Notes under the pieces: generated by a model | Databases searched by the model: none | The model's input: only the letters and a program-made list of their open reading frames with translations | What the model was told of the DNA's origin: nothing | Shown here: piece by piece, positions 36,701 to 48,954 of the stretch | Numbering within the stretch: the stretch's first letter is position 1 | Layout: every line of letters starts with the position of its first letter | Program-made: the position numbers and the translations under genes | From: Dimorphilus gyrociliatus | Lineage: Eukaryota; Animalia; Annelida | Assembly (NCBI GenBank): GCA_904063045.1 | Contig: CAJFCJ010000009.1 | Location: 1,096,942-1,160,941, forward strand | Reading direction: 5' to 3' | DNA length: 64,000 nt

Positions 36701-39700
36701 TTGATTCAACATTTTCTCCTGAAAAAATTCCACTAGCCATTAAAGCTTCATTTGACCTACCTTTGTTTCAAGTTACTCTAGAGTTTGAACAACAAGGAGG
36801 CGTTGATGTTAAACTTCACGATTTTACATTTTCCTTAACTAAAAGAGACAATCATAGCAAAAATCTAGATTTAAAATTGCAAAGTTTGACAGTTAAAGAC
36901 CTATTGGAACCAGAAAATTCTAGTCACAGGTATTTAATGGTCTCTAATGCTTTTATCAAGAGGCAAAAGGAAGAACCCCAATTCATATCAACGTCGTGCC
37001 CAACTAGTATGATTGACATAAATGCTCCAGAAATGCCTTCCAGTCTACCAACATCTTTCACAAGTATTCCAGCGTTCAGTAGCGATAATAGAACACCAAT
37101 TAAACGACTAAAATCTAAAAGGTATGTGGGACAATTTGATATATTTTAAAAATGTTCTGAGAAGTTTATTTCCACCTATTATAGTAGCGAATGTCCTGAT
37201 ACACCACCCCCAACCCCAACAAATTCAAGAAGGAGATCCAAAGGAGATGATGAAGCATTTGTTCATATTAATGTTACTCTGGTTGAAAAGAAAAGCCCAC
37301 TGTTTGAAAGTAAATTTAACAAGGTGAATATAATTCATAATAACAGAGTTTTATATCAAAATAATCAAACCTTTTCCAATTCTGCTTCTAGACCCACAGG
37401 ATCATTACAGCTGAATTCAATACTTTGAATACAACTATGAATTTACAGACCTGGGTTGTGTTGTTAGATTTCCTCGGTTTAGGAGCAAAAGTACATGATC
37501 CAGATGAATTTCGATTGAATCGATCAATATCCCAAGTCAATAGAAGAATATCAACCGTAGACGGTAAATTCAGACATTTTGGAAATTATAAATTTATTAA
37601 ACAAATTGTTTATACTATTCTACAGAGCCAGTAAATACTGAAGTACAATTCTGTGTGAATAGTTTATCTTTAATTTTAAATAAAGAAAACTATGAACTTG
37701 CCAGTGCAAATGTATCAAACTTAGAAAGTCATGTTATAATGAGAGATCATAATTTAGACATGAAAGGCACTTTAGGTAGCGTATATTTGAAGGATTCCTC
37801 ACCAGAAGGATATTTATATGACCAGAAATTTTCCTCAACTGGAGAGCAGGCATTAGCCTTTGAAATAAAAAAGTAAATATTTAAATATATACAGAATCTA
37901 TATTGTACTTTTACTAATAAACTCTATTGATAATCTAATATAGATATGGATTACCAGACCCCGATTTGATCCGAGATTATGATATTAGCATAAACTTGAA
38001 AATGTCATCTGTGAGATACATTCACACTCAACGATTTAGTCAGGAGGTATTGGCTTTCTTTCAAAATTTCAACCAACTTCAAGATGTTCTCGGGAGAATG
38101 AGAGCTTCATCTGCCGGGAAAAAAGTAAGTTTTTGTTTAGTTTTGTTTATTTCATTAATATGGAGAACTATGTATACATTCAGATAAGTGAAAAAGCTTT
38201 TCGAGGATCTCGTATTTTACTAAGCATAGATGCTGGATCGCCAATAATTGTGTTACCAATGAGTTCCCGCTCCAACCAAATTATTGTTGCAGATCTTGGA
38301 AAATTAACTGTTAGAAATCGATTCTTATTTGCAAATGATCCGCAAACTTTAAGTTCTAAGAATCAACCCCCTCCAACAATCATATCAGCAATGGATTTGA
38401 GTGTCTATGGATCATTAGAAAAAGATTTAAGAGCAGGAGAAACTGAAGACAATCATATCTGTTTGTTAGATGTTTGGAAAGTTGGCTTAAAAGATATGGA
38501 TTTATACGAAGCTAGAAGATCGGAAAGAGATCATTATATTGATAGTATAGAATTTGGAAATTTCAGCGTTGAAAGACAATCTAAACTTTTAGAAGAGAAA
38601 TGCGAATTGAGTTTACAGGTTGAAAGAAATTTAGAAGGGGATATTTCTCATTCAGTTCCTGACTTCTGCATTGAAGGATCTCTTAGTTCAGTGTATTGTT
38701 CACTAGGCTTAGAGCAATTTAAACTTGTAAAGGGATTCTTAGAATTTAACCTGGGAGAACAATTAGATGAATTTAAACAGCAAATGATGTCCCATTTAAG
38801 TGATCCAAAAATACATACAATCATCAGCGGTAATGTTTGGAAAGGAATGTCATTTAGCCTGCACTTAAAAAATGTCACTGTTGAATTAAGCAACTCTGAA
38901 AATGATGAAAATTCTTTAGCAAAGTTTGATTTTATATCTTCAAAAGTTTCTTATGAAAGTCACTCGGATGGAACGAAAGATATAGATTTAGTTTCTAATG
39001 AAATTTTAGTGTCTGACCTACGATATATCAAGGAACCATCAAACACTCGTCCTAATGTTTTCACTAACATTTTACAACCTAGTAGACAAAATGGAAATGG
39101 AAATACTAAACTGCAAATGGAGCTAAATTATAGAAAGACTAAATCAGCTACTAAATTTACTATTTTATTAAATGACATGAAATTAATGGGAATTTTTGAT
39201 TGGTTATTTATTATGAAAGATTATTTATTATCAAAACCCAAAAATCCTGCATCGGGTATGTACATAAACATGTGTTTCACATACTATAAATTATATTTAA
39301 CAATATTGATGTTTTTTAACAGAATCGTCTTCAAGAAGTCATTCGATTGAAAGTTCTATAATTGGCCCATTTGAGGCGAATAAACCTACTGGACATCCAA
39401 TGACAGTTTCTGTTACGGCTGGAATCATTACAAAAAGAGTAAATAGTGAAACAGGGGAGTCTCCTTTTGAGCTAAAGCTAAATGTGACAAATACCGAGTT
39501 AGTTTTGGTTGAAGATGCATCTCAGCTGGATTCTAATGCTGTCATCCTAAAGGTAAATTATCTAAAAGAAGTCATAACTGTTTGTAAACTTCAATTAAAA
39601 TTTATTTTTATTTGTAGAGTACTGCTGTTCTTACCTATAAGCCAACCCACCACGATAGACCTTTAAATTGTAATCTTCAAAGCCTAGAAGTTTTCTCTTG

Positions 39701-42700
39701 TTGCCTATCCTCGGAAGAGGAGACCGCCCTATCTATTATTGACCCAACTACTGTCAGCTTGGAACTTATAGGAAAAACTATGCCTCATCATCACGATTCA
39801 TTCTCGAGCGGTTTAATGGAAGTTCAGAAACGTGTTGAACCTGTTCTTGAAGTATCTTTCACCTCACTAAATATTAGATTATCTTACAACGATTCTAAGC
39901 TATTTCTGGCCATTTTGAAATCACTTCCGAAGCAAGCACAAAGTATTGTCGGCTCGAAATCAAAGAATGTTGTATCATCTAAATCCAGTTACAGCGTTGT
40001 TGATCAGGAGGGTATGTATTATTTTTTTAAAAACAATTTAAATGTTAACATTTAGAACTTTTAAATAGAATATCTAACTGAGAATTTGCGTTCCCTGGGC
40101 TATCCTACAGAAAAATGTAAACTTGCTCTGAAGGAGGCAGATAACGATGTTGAATTAGCAAAACAAATCCTAATTCAAGGTAAAAATTTTACATCATCCA
40201 GATCCATGCTTGAATTGAAGAATGACGAAAAGAAGGAAAATTTATCGATACACTCTTATGAGGTAAGTCTGTAGAATTTCCCTATAGTTTTGGATAAAAG
40301 AGTGACTAATAAATTTATTTCAACTTTAGATTAAAGCTGGTAATATATGCATTTGTCTAATTGACGATTGCTTGGATGCAGACGTACCCCTACTTGAATT
40401 AACAATGACATGTGAATATTTCAGATTTACTATACTTTTATTTATTAAAATAAACTATAATGTGCTTTTTTGTAGCTGTTCAATTACATCAAGTTTTTCA
40501 TGGAGCGATTAGAGGGCGCGCTAGTTTTAAATTTGCACTAGATTCTTACAATAGAAGGCTTTCTGGTTGGGAACCTGTTATTGAACCTTGGCAGTGCAGA
40601 GTTAACTGGGAGCAAAGTTATTCAGATAGCTCGGAGGGTTCTCAAAGAGATTTAACTGTTAAAATGGAATGTCAGTCTCTTTTTGTATATTAAAATAATT
40701 AATCAAATTCTATTTCTGACTTTTAGCGAGAGATGTTATCAATGTTAACTTAACGAAAACGTTAATGCAACTCTACTCTCAAACAAAAGATAAATGGATG
40801 GAAGATTATTATGAAGCAGCACAACCTGTATCTTTTGCAGTACCAAAGCGTCGAATACCATTTATTCCCTTCACTATTCGAAATGAAACTGGTGTTAATC
40901 TGAACTTTGCCACTATTGTTACTACCCCTACTAGATTTGCTGATGAAACTGTAAAAGAAACAAAACGAAATTGGACGTTAGTGGAAAAAGATGGTCAAAT
41001 CAATTTTAAATTTCAAGAGAGAGAAAAAACTAGACATAAAGTATAATGACATTCTTTATTTCTTTCATTATTATACTTTCATTTCTTTTAATTCCCAGAA
41101 TACGCATCAATTGAAAATACAACAAGTCATAATAAAAGTTAGCGGATGGCAGGAGGCGAGCGCTTTATCTGTAGATAAAACTGGCGTTTTCTTTAGAGAC
41201 GTGACAGCCGACAATGAAACATCATCTTCTGTTGTAAGTAACAATTAGAAAACCTTTTGATTTTTAAAGATAATTTTTTTATATTCCTCAATCATATTTT
41301 TATAGTTTTCAAGCCAACGAAGTGCTCGCATTGTGTTTGATATATCTTTAGAAGGTACTGCAAAGAAAGTTATTACAGTTCGATCCGCTCTGCTCGTTCA
41401 GAATAAACTGCCTGATAAAATTGAATTAAAACTTACAGGGCAAACTAGTTAGTATTTTTTTAGTTCTACTTTGATTATTTTTTATCTAAATTTTTATCTT
41501 TCTCATTAGCTCTTATGGACAAAGTTTATGAATTGGATACTGGAACAAAATTCGCTGTTCCTTTACCGTATGTCTCATCAAGAATATATGTTCGTCCAAG
41601 TGGATGGGGATCAAATTACTGCTCTAAAGATATCTATTGGAGTCATGCAACAAAAACAGCAGAATTTCAAAGTTATGTTCGAAGTTGTGATTGGTCTGCT
41701 GATACTTCAGATAGCACATATAGGTAGGTATTAAACTGTTATTTTTTATTGAAAGAATTTAATATATTTAATTATTAGATTTTGTGTATCCGTTTATCGC
41801 CAAAAATATCCTCAAGAAGAAAAAATTGTTTCCAAGACAATAACTGGCGGCACTTCAGTGTCTTTCAACTCTTATCCTCAACCGGCTCATTTAATTACCC
41901 TTTGTCCTCCTATAACATTCAGAAATTTGTTACCTTTTGATATTACACTTGATATTTCGGGTACAAGCATTAAGAACGAACTAAAAGCAGGCAGTGAAGT
42001 GTTTCTAAGAGACGCTAATATTGAAGAAGATATAAGTTTACGAATAGATATGGAATACTTTAAACAATGTAAAACCCTTATCATATCGAAGTCAGACTGG
42101 ATGAATATTTGCAATACCTATAAAATTATGTTTGAAGATAAAAAGGAAAGACTTTTACAATTATTCTTAGAGATGAAAGAAGGTTTAGGAGGTTGTTTGA
42201 AAATGGTTCTCTATGGAAAATTCTGGATTCTTAACAAAACTGGCTTACCTCTATTATTTAAGCAGGACGATGCTTCAACTGAAGCAGCTGGCCAATTCGA
42301 TGAACACGAGGCTGCTCGTTGCGTTACACCTTTTGTGTTTTCATACGCAAATCACGATGCATCAGAGGCGTAAGTAAAATATATTAGTACATAAATAATA
42401 ATTTACCAGCTATAACTCAAAATAGACTTTTAATGAGAATTGGAAGAACTGTTCACGGTTCTGCAAAACCATCATGGTGCAGGAGAATTAACCTAATAAA
42501 TGGAATATCAAGAAGAGATCTTCATGTCACTCCTCATGACAAAAGAAAGCCTGACTGGTATAATATTTTTATATACAAATGAATACAATTTTTAATTGAA
42601 TATCTTGACTGTTCAATTAGGGTATACGATATTGGTATTGAAGTTTGCCCCGGAAAAGGGCAATATAGTAGAACGAAAATGGTTACGTTGACTCCCAGCT

Positions 42701-45700
42701 TTCACTTTGAAAATCGAACAAATTATAGATTATTATTTGCCCAAGAATTTTTTACAAGAGGAAAAGGATTCGAGAACATCCATGGTCAATTAGTAGCCCT
42801 ACCAAAGTGTAATATGGCATTCCATTGGCCAAGAGTTGATTTGGATCAATTGCTAAGTGTTAGACGCCTGGATATTGCAGATTGTCATTGGTCTGGTGGT
42901 TTCAAAATAGATGTTGTTAATTCTTTCCATGTGAACATGAGGTTTAAAATTGTATATTTAATTACATTATTTACCTGATAAATGTTTCATTCATATAGGG
43001 ATAGTGAAGGAACTTGCCACTTTCTACAAGTGGATGTCATTCTAGAGCAAGCAACCTTTTACACAATTTTCACTGATGCCCAAACTATGCCTCCACCGTA
43101 TCGAATAGATAACTTGTCAGAGGTTCAAATACAATATTTCCAAACTAAAACATCAAATGATCAATTAAGGACTATAATCAAACCAAACACTAAAGGTATA
43201 TCTATTTGTTCATTGAATTATTACTTGTTGCTATCAATTTATACCGTCCATTCTAATTGCAGTGTCTTATGCATGGGACGAACCAACACAGCCTCATCAC
43301 ATCACTCTATCCGTACCTGGCGGTAGTAGTTCTACTTATAACTTGGACGTTCTAAAAGATGGCGATAAACTTTGCTACGAAAATTTCATTTATATTGCAT
43401 TTACTGGAACCTTTAAAACGGATGGAATTCCAGGTGGAGAAGAGCTTGTTTTAGATGTACCAAGCGAAAATAATGGCTACAAAGTCTACCTGAAACGAAA
43501 AGAGGCAGGAAAACGGTCACAATTATGGAGAATGAATACTGAAGGATATTTAATACATGAAGGTTCAATGCCACCGTCAGATCCAAGATCAACGCCAAAA
43601 CCGGCTACCAATGCTTACGTTCTAGATATTGATGATATAGCTATTCAACCAAATAAAGAAACGTCTCTTGTTATAAGGAAGAAAAACGATAGAAGAAAGG
43701 GTACACAAACATGGAAATGTGTGGTTTGTATTTTATAACATTAGAATAAAAAAGTACAAGTACTAAGCTATGTCATGCTTCTTTTAGATGGGCACTTTAC
43801 AGCTACGAAATGCTAATGCTCCCTTCATAGTACAATCGCAACACGGTTTAGAAGGAATGATAGATGGTATTTAGAATAAAACTTGTATTATATCAGTTTG
43901 ACTGTTGATAATAATTTATTTATTTTCATAAAAAAAAGGTGGTGAAGCTATTTTAGTTAGATCTAACGATCTAATAGTATCCATTGATTCTATTCCAATA
44001 TATAAAATGGTTGGTTTCAAGAAAGTCCGACCTGGTTCCGGATTATTATCTGTTAAAGTCACGATGGATGGACCAACAAGAGTTCTTGAAATTACTGATG
44101 TTAGATATGCGGTAAGTATTAGATAGGAAAGTATTACTTGCTTCAATATTTTAAAGATATAAAATATCTATAGGGACATTTAAGAAATCCAATTGGAAGT
44201 TCAGTTGATAAGTTGGAATCAGAAAAAGCGAAATCCGATGAATTATCGGAGAATAGAAGCGTTGATGTAAGAAATTTTTCATATTTTACTTAAAGCTACT
44301 ATATTTACATTTTGTGAACAGATATCAGTAATTCTGACAGAAGGTGTAGGAGTGTCATTGATAAATCATTTACCAGAAGAACTATTGTATATAAGATTAA
44401 AAGAGATAAGTGTACATTGGAACTTAAATGCTGACTCGGAACAGACTATGCAAGCAAGCATTCATTCCATCGAAGTAATGGAAAATTACACAATAACTTT
44501 TACGTAACCTTAATTAAACTCCCTTAACTGTTATATATAGGCTGACAATCAACTCTTTGGCTGTATCAATCCAAAAGTACTTCAAATCCCAGTTAAGAAG
44601 AATGAAATTGAAAATTCAGCACCAGCACTATTTCTAAGCTTTACAAAATTAGATTCAAAACGTTGGAATATTGACGTTTTCAAGGTAACATTTTCAATAT
44701 GGTATATCATATAAATTCAATTACAATTTTTATGAATAGAATATAGAGATAAAATTACGAGCTGTTATGCTAAGATTAGAAGAGATTTTGCTATGGAAGT
44801 TTATTCAATTTTTTACCAGTTTATCCCAATTGATAGAAATTGATGAAGATAAGAGAAATTCATTATCAGAGTAAATTATCTAATTAGCAAATATTATTAA
44901 ATAATAATGAAATATGATCATTATAGTAAATGGACGGCAACTATTGGTGTTGATCTAAAGCGATACTATGCTGGACGGCTATCTATTGAAGCAAATAAAT
45001 TGTTACTTTCATTAAAAACGAGACCAGAACTTCCAGAAGACCTGAAAGCTATTAAGAGGCAAATCGGTGTACCTTTGGTCAAATTTGATGAAGCTAATGT
45101 TGAATTGGAATCTTTTGTTAAGGATCATTTATTTAATACAAAGAAATTGCTCAAAGAAGCTATTTTATTACATTTTAGAGAGGTAAGGGACTATATATAT
45201 ATACAGTACATATGTTCTAAATTCACTAAATTCTTTTTCTCGTACTAAAAAAGGAATTCCGTAGTCAAGCTGCTCAAATTTTAGGATCCGTCGATTTCCT
45301 TGGAAATCCTGCCGGTTTAATTAATGATGTATCCGAAGGAATTTCAAGTCTAATTGATGGTAACATTCCTGGTCTATTTGCAAACGTTACTCATGGCGTA
45401 TCCGACTCCACGGCGAAAGTTATGGGATCAGTGTCTGATGTAGTCGGTCTTCCTTTTGATAATAAACATGAACAGAAAAGAAGAGAAATTAGAGAACAGG
45501 CCAGCGGACCGTGGGATTCTCTGAAAGCCGGGGGAAAAGGCCTAGGCCACGGACTATGGGGTGGCGTTAAAGGAGTTATTGATCAACCCATTAAAGGCTA
45601 CAAAGAGAATAGAGTTGGAGGGGCAATTATTGGTATTGGTGCTGGATTTTATGGTCTATTGGCAAAGCCAATGGCTGGTGTATTAGACTTTGCAACCGGC

Positions 45701-46442
45701 GGGGCAACAGCCGTTAGAGAATTTGCTAGTTCGAAAGGGGAAGAAAATGGAAAACGAATCAGGCTAGCAAGATGTTGCACGGGTCCAGCTGGTTTATTAC
45801 CTGCCTATGATAGACGTATTTCCGCCGCCCAACAATTACTGTTCTCATTAAATTATAATCGCTACGATGAAAGGTAACATTATTTTTTTATAAGCAACTT
45901 ATTGATTACAATTGTCACATTATTACATTGAAATACTTATTCACTTTAGATGCATCGATTTGGTATGTCTACGACAGCAGAGTGAAGTGACAGTAAAAGC
46001 GCTAATAACTTCTAGAAGGACCTTTATAATAGATCATAAAGAAGAGGTTAAAGTTATTGTAAAAGTTGATTATGCAACACTGCAAAACTGCAAATCCTTA
46101 GAGAAGTGTTAGTTTATAATTATTAATTTGTACAACCATCTGTTTATATTATATTCTAATCCGAACAGCTGGAAAATTTTATATTGAATTCGCTTGCAAA
46201 GTTGATAAAGACGGAGAATCAGTTGAAAGTGACGAACCTAAAATAAAAAGACCATGGGTTAGTTGCGATTCTAGAGATGTTGCATCCATAGTAAGTATAA
46301 GAAACTTTTCTACGTGTTCAATAATAATTCAACTAATTATGTCTTATCTTAGGTTTCTCAGCAAGTCAATTACGCTAAACATTCATACTTTGAAGCCAAA
46401 CAAACTTTACCAAAAGATGACGAAGAACTATTTGATAAATAA
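30760..46442 (+). CDS. VPS13D: Intermembrane lipid transfer protein VPS13D, about 50 short GT-AG introns
   Basis: Chorein-N MLGNLTAWVLNTYLGEYVEN, UBA domain near 40070-40170, WEPVIEPW, VAB repeats, ricin-like LDIDD region, QAAQILGSVDFLGNPAGL, terminal QQVNYAKHSYFEAK. Exons traced continuously in frame. Confidence 0.93.
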
Positions 46443-47415
46443 CACTTTTTTACTTTTGTTTGTACGAAAAAAGAACAGTAAAAGAGAGGAAATTTGTTTT
46501 TTTTTTGTTTTTGATTTTGCTTGTTATATCTTCTTGTTGAAACAAACTCCCAGGAGGGAAAAGATGAAAGAAAGAGATAGAATTTACACAATATATATAT
46601 ATACAGTATATATATATATGTGTATATGAACTTTGAACTTTGAACAAGCAGCTTTATCTTTCTTCACCTCCTCCTAGCCCTTCTCTCTTCGCAAAAGAAA
46701 AAAAACTCTAATCTACTTAAAGTTTGAATTCTTATCGTTACTCTTTTTGTTACAATTTTATTAGTATCTCCATCTTTTATTACACTAATTTTTTATAACT
46801 TTAAAAAAAAAAAACCTTTTTTTGCACGATAAAAGAAAAGTTTGTCTTGATTATCTTCTTTATATTATTTCTGTTTTTCCTTTTTTGCATTATTATAAGT
46901 AATTGTACAACATCTGCTATAAAAAAAAAACATGAACAAGTTAACAGGTAATAGTTTATTCTATGTAATTAACTCTCCTGCAAAAATATGTAAAATATAC
47001 AATTTAAAACTAGACATATTTTTCCATACAGTTTTGAATGGGAAATAATAATTATTATTTGAATATTCAAATAATTCTTCTCCTTTATTGCATTATTAAA
47101 AATATTTAATACTTAGATAAAGAAAAAAAGTAAATATCCTTTTTTTTATATTTTAAAGAGCCAGAGATAAATTTTAACCTAAATTTTATAACCTAGTTTT
47201 AATTTATTGGCTCTTAGAGCTATACTGCAAGTTTACACAGTTAAGTTCTTTAAGGTCTGTATGTACGCTTTCCGATAGAAATTGTTTCATGCGCCACCTC
47301 TCGGTTAACAGTATCCACGTCAAATTTCTAAGCGGAAGTGACATTTCCAAGCTAAACCTCGATTCATTTCCTGTTTGATGAATTTCGCAAGTTCACTGAG
47401 TGTTGTTAAAGAGAT

Positions 47416-48372
47416 ATGACCACTCCTGCTACCCTGGGACGAGAGGAATTTCTCAATATTATCAAAAGAAAATCTACATCAGAAGCAAGGCGTCACTTTA
47501 CGAACTTTGTTAGAAGTAGCAGTAATCGAAGGTACAAAAATCATTTATGGGCTAAAAATAGCAAACAAGATAAAAAACAATCTTTATGTATTGTTTACTA
47601 TCTTAATAGAAAAGTAGTTAGATATCGCATTTTAAGTAAACTGTTAATTTATGAAGAGCTGGGATTTGAGCATTTCAATTAGTAAGGTTGATAGAGCGTC
47701 TCGTAATCATTCTGCAGTTTTCAGATAATGTATTATTAAAAAAAAACTTATAAATTAATCTATAGAAAAGCCATAAGTCGGTGTTTGGTTTTGTTATCGG
47801 AGGTCTTTTACCTGAAATCTTATTCGGAATCCTTTAAGGCTGACGCTTTTGCATCCTGCTCTAAAGTTCTATGTATGCATCGAAATTTAGAAAATTACTT
47901 ACGAAGAGGGCACGCTCCTCCAATTCACGGTATCAAGAGCTTCGTACGACCAACTGTATTTCTCAAATTAGTGCAGAGAGGAGTCTTCCTCGATTCAAAA
48001 CTTTTTCAAGTAGTACATATAATCATCTTACGCTCTCTCTACGAATTACAAACCGAACTGCGTTGTATGAGCCCAACTATGGCAGCGAAATTTCTCTCTA
48101 TTAAATCAATAATGAACTGCTTAATGACCTGTCTCAGGTACCTCTCAAGGTCGAATGGTGGTCATACAAAACCCTACTCATTCGTTAAAACTTCAAGAAT
48201 GTATGCAATAACTCGTTTATTAAGGCAAGATTGGTTTTCTTTCAATTTGAAAAAGCTTTGTCGTGTGACTATTTTGCAACGTTTATACGACAACGGTAAT
48301 CTTCCCTCGTCAATCGACAAACTTCCCTTGCCAAAATCGCTACTTCATTACGTATCGTGTGACTTAGATTAA
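47416..48372 (+). CDS. SOCS-box protein of unknown family; 5' exon structure unresolved
   Basis: C-terminal FNLKKLCRVTILQRL...IDKLPLPKSLLHYV fits the BC-box plus Cul5-box pattern. ORF 47785-48372 is solid; its link to ORF 47416-47682 is uncertain. Confidence 0.62.
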
Positions 48373-48954
48373 AAGCTTATGCCAAAGTATTAAAGGGCTA
48401 AAGTCCAAACGAAAAAACTAGTAAACCATTCGGATATTCTTATTTATTTTGATATTATCATTATTATTATGATTGCAATTGAATAATAATCTGTAAATAG
48501 TGTATTCGTTCATTAAAGGAATAAATAGTGATATAATATAGTAAAGATATTTAGTGTCCTTAAAAAAATACTTTTTGGTAGAGAATCCTCTATTAAAGGA
48601 TTATCTTTTTAATATTTTCCCCTATTATATTCACCTGTTATCGTGTTAATCAAATAAATGAACTCTAGGCCTACATATAACATATGCAAAAAAAAGAAAC
48701 ACTTTTGGGGGAATATGTTAATCTGTATTTTAGCGATCATAAACTTAATGGCAACTACAAAACATTTCACCACTGCATTCAAGTGAGGCACACAATGAAA
48801 TTGCTTTTACAATTAATTCAAAATGTAATTTCTATTGAACGTCTCAGAAACAATAAAATAACTAAAATTAATATGTAACATATATATGTATCTAATTGAT
48901 TCCTCCAATCATCTTACCAAAAATATATGCATTTCTCAAATATGCAAAATTCAA

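Noticed and set aside
46932-46947. ATG AAC AAG TTA ACA G|GT start micro-exon
   Set aside because: The only compatible downstream exon (about 47219) stops after roughly 53 codons and does not link to the SOCS-box frame.
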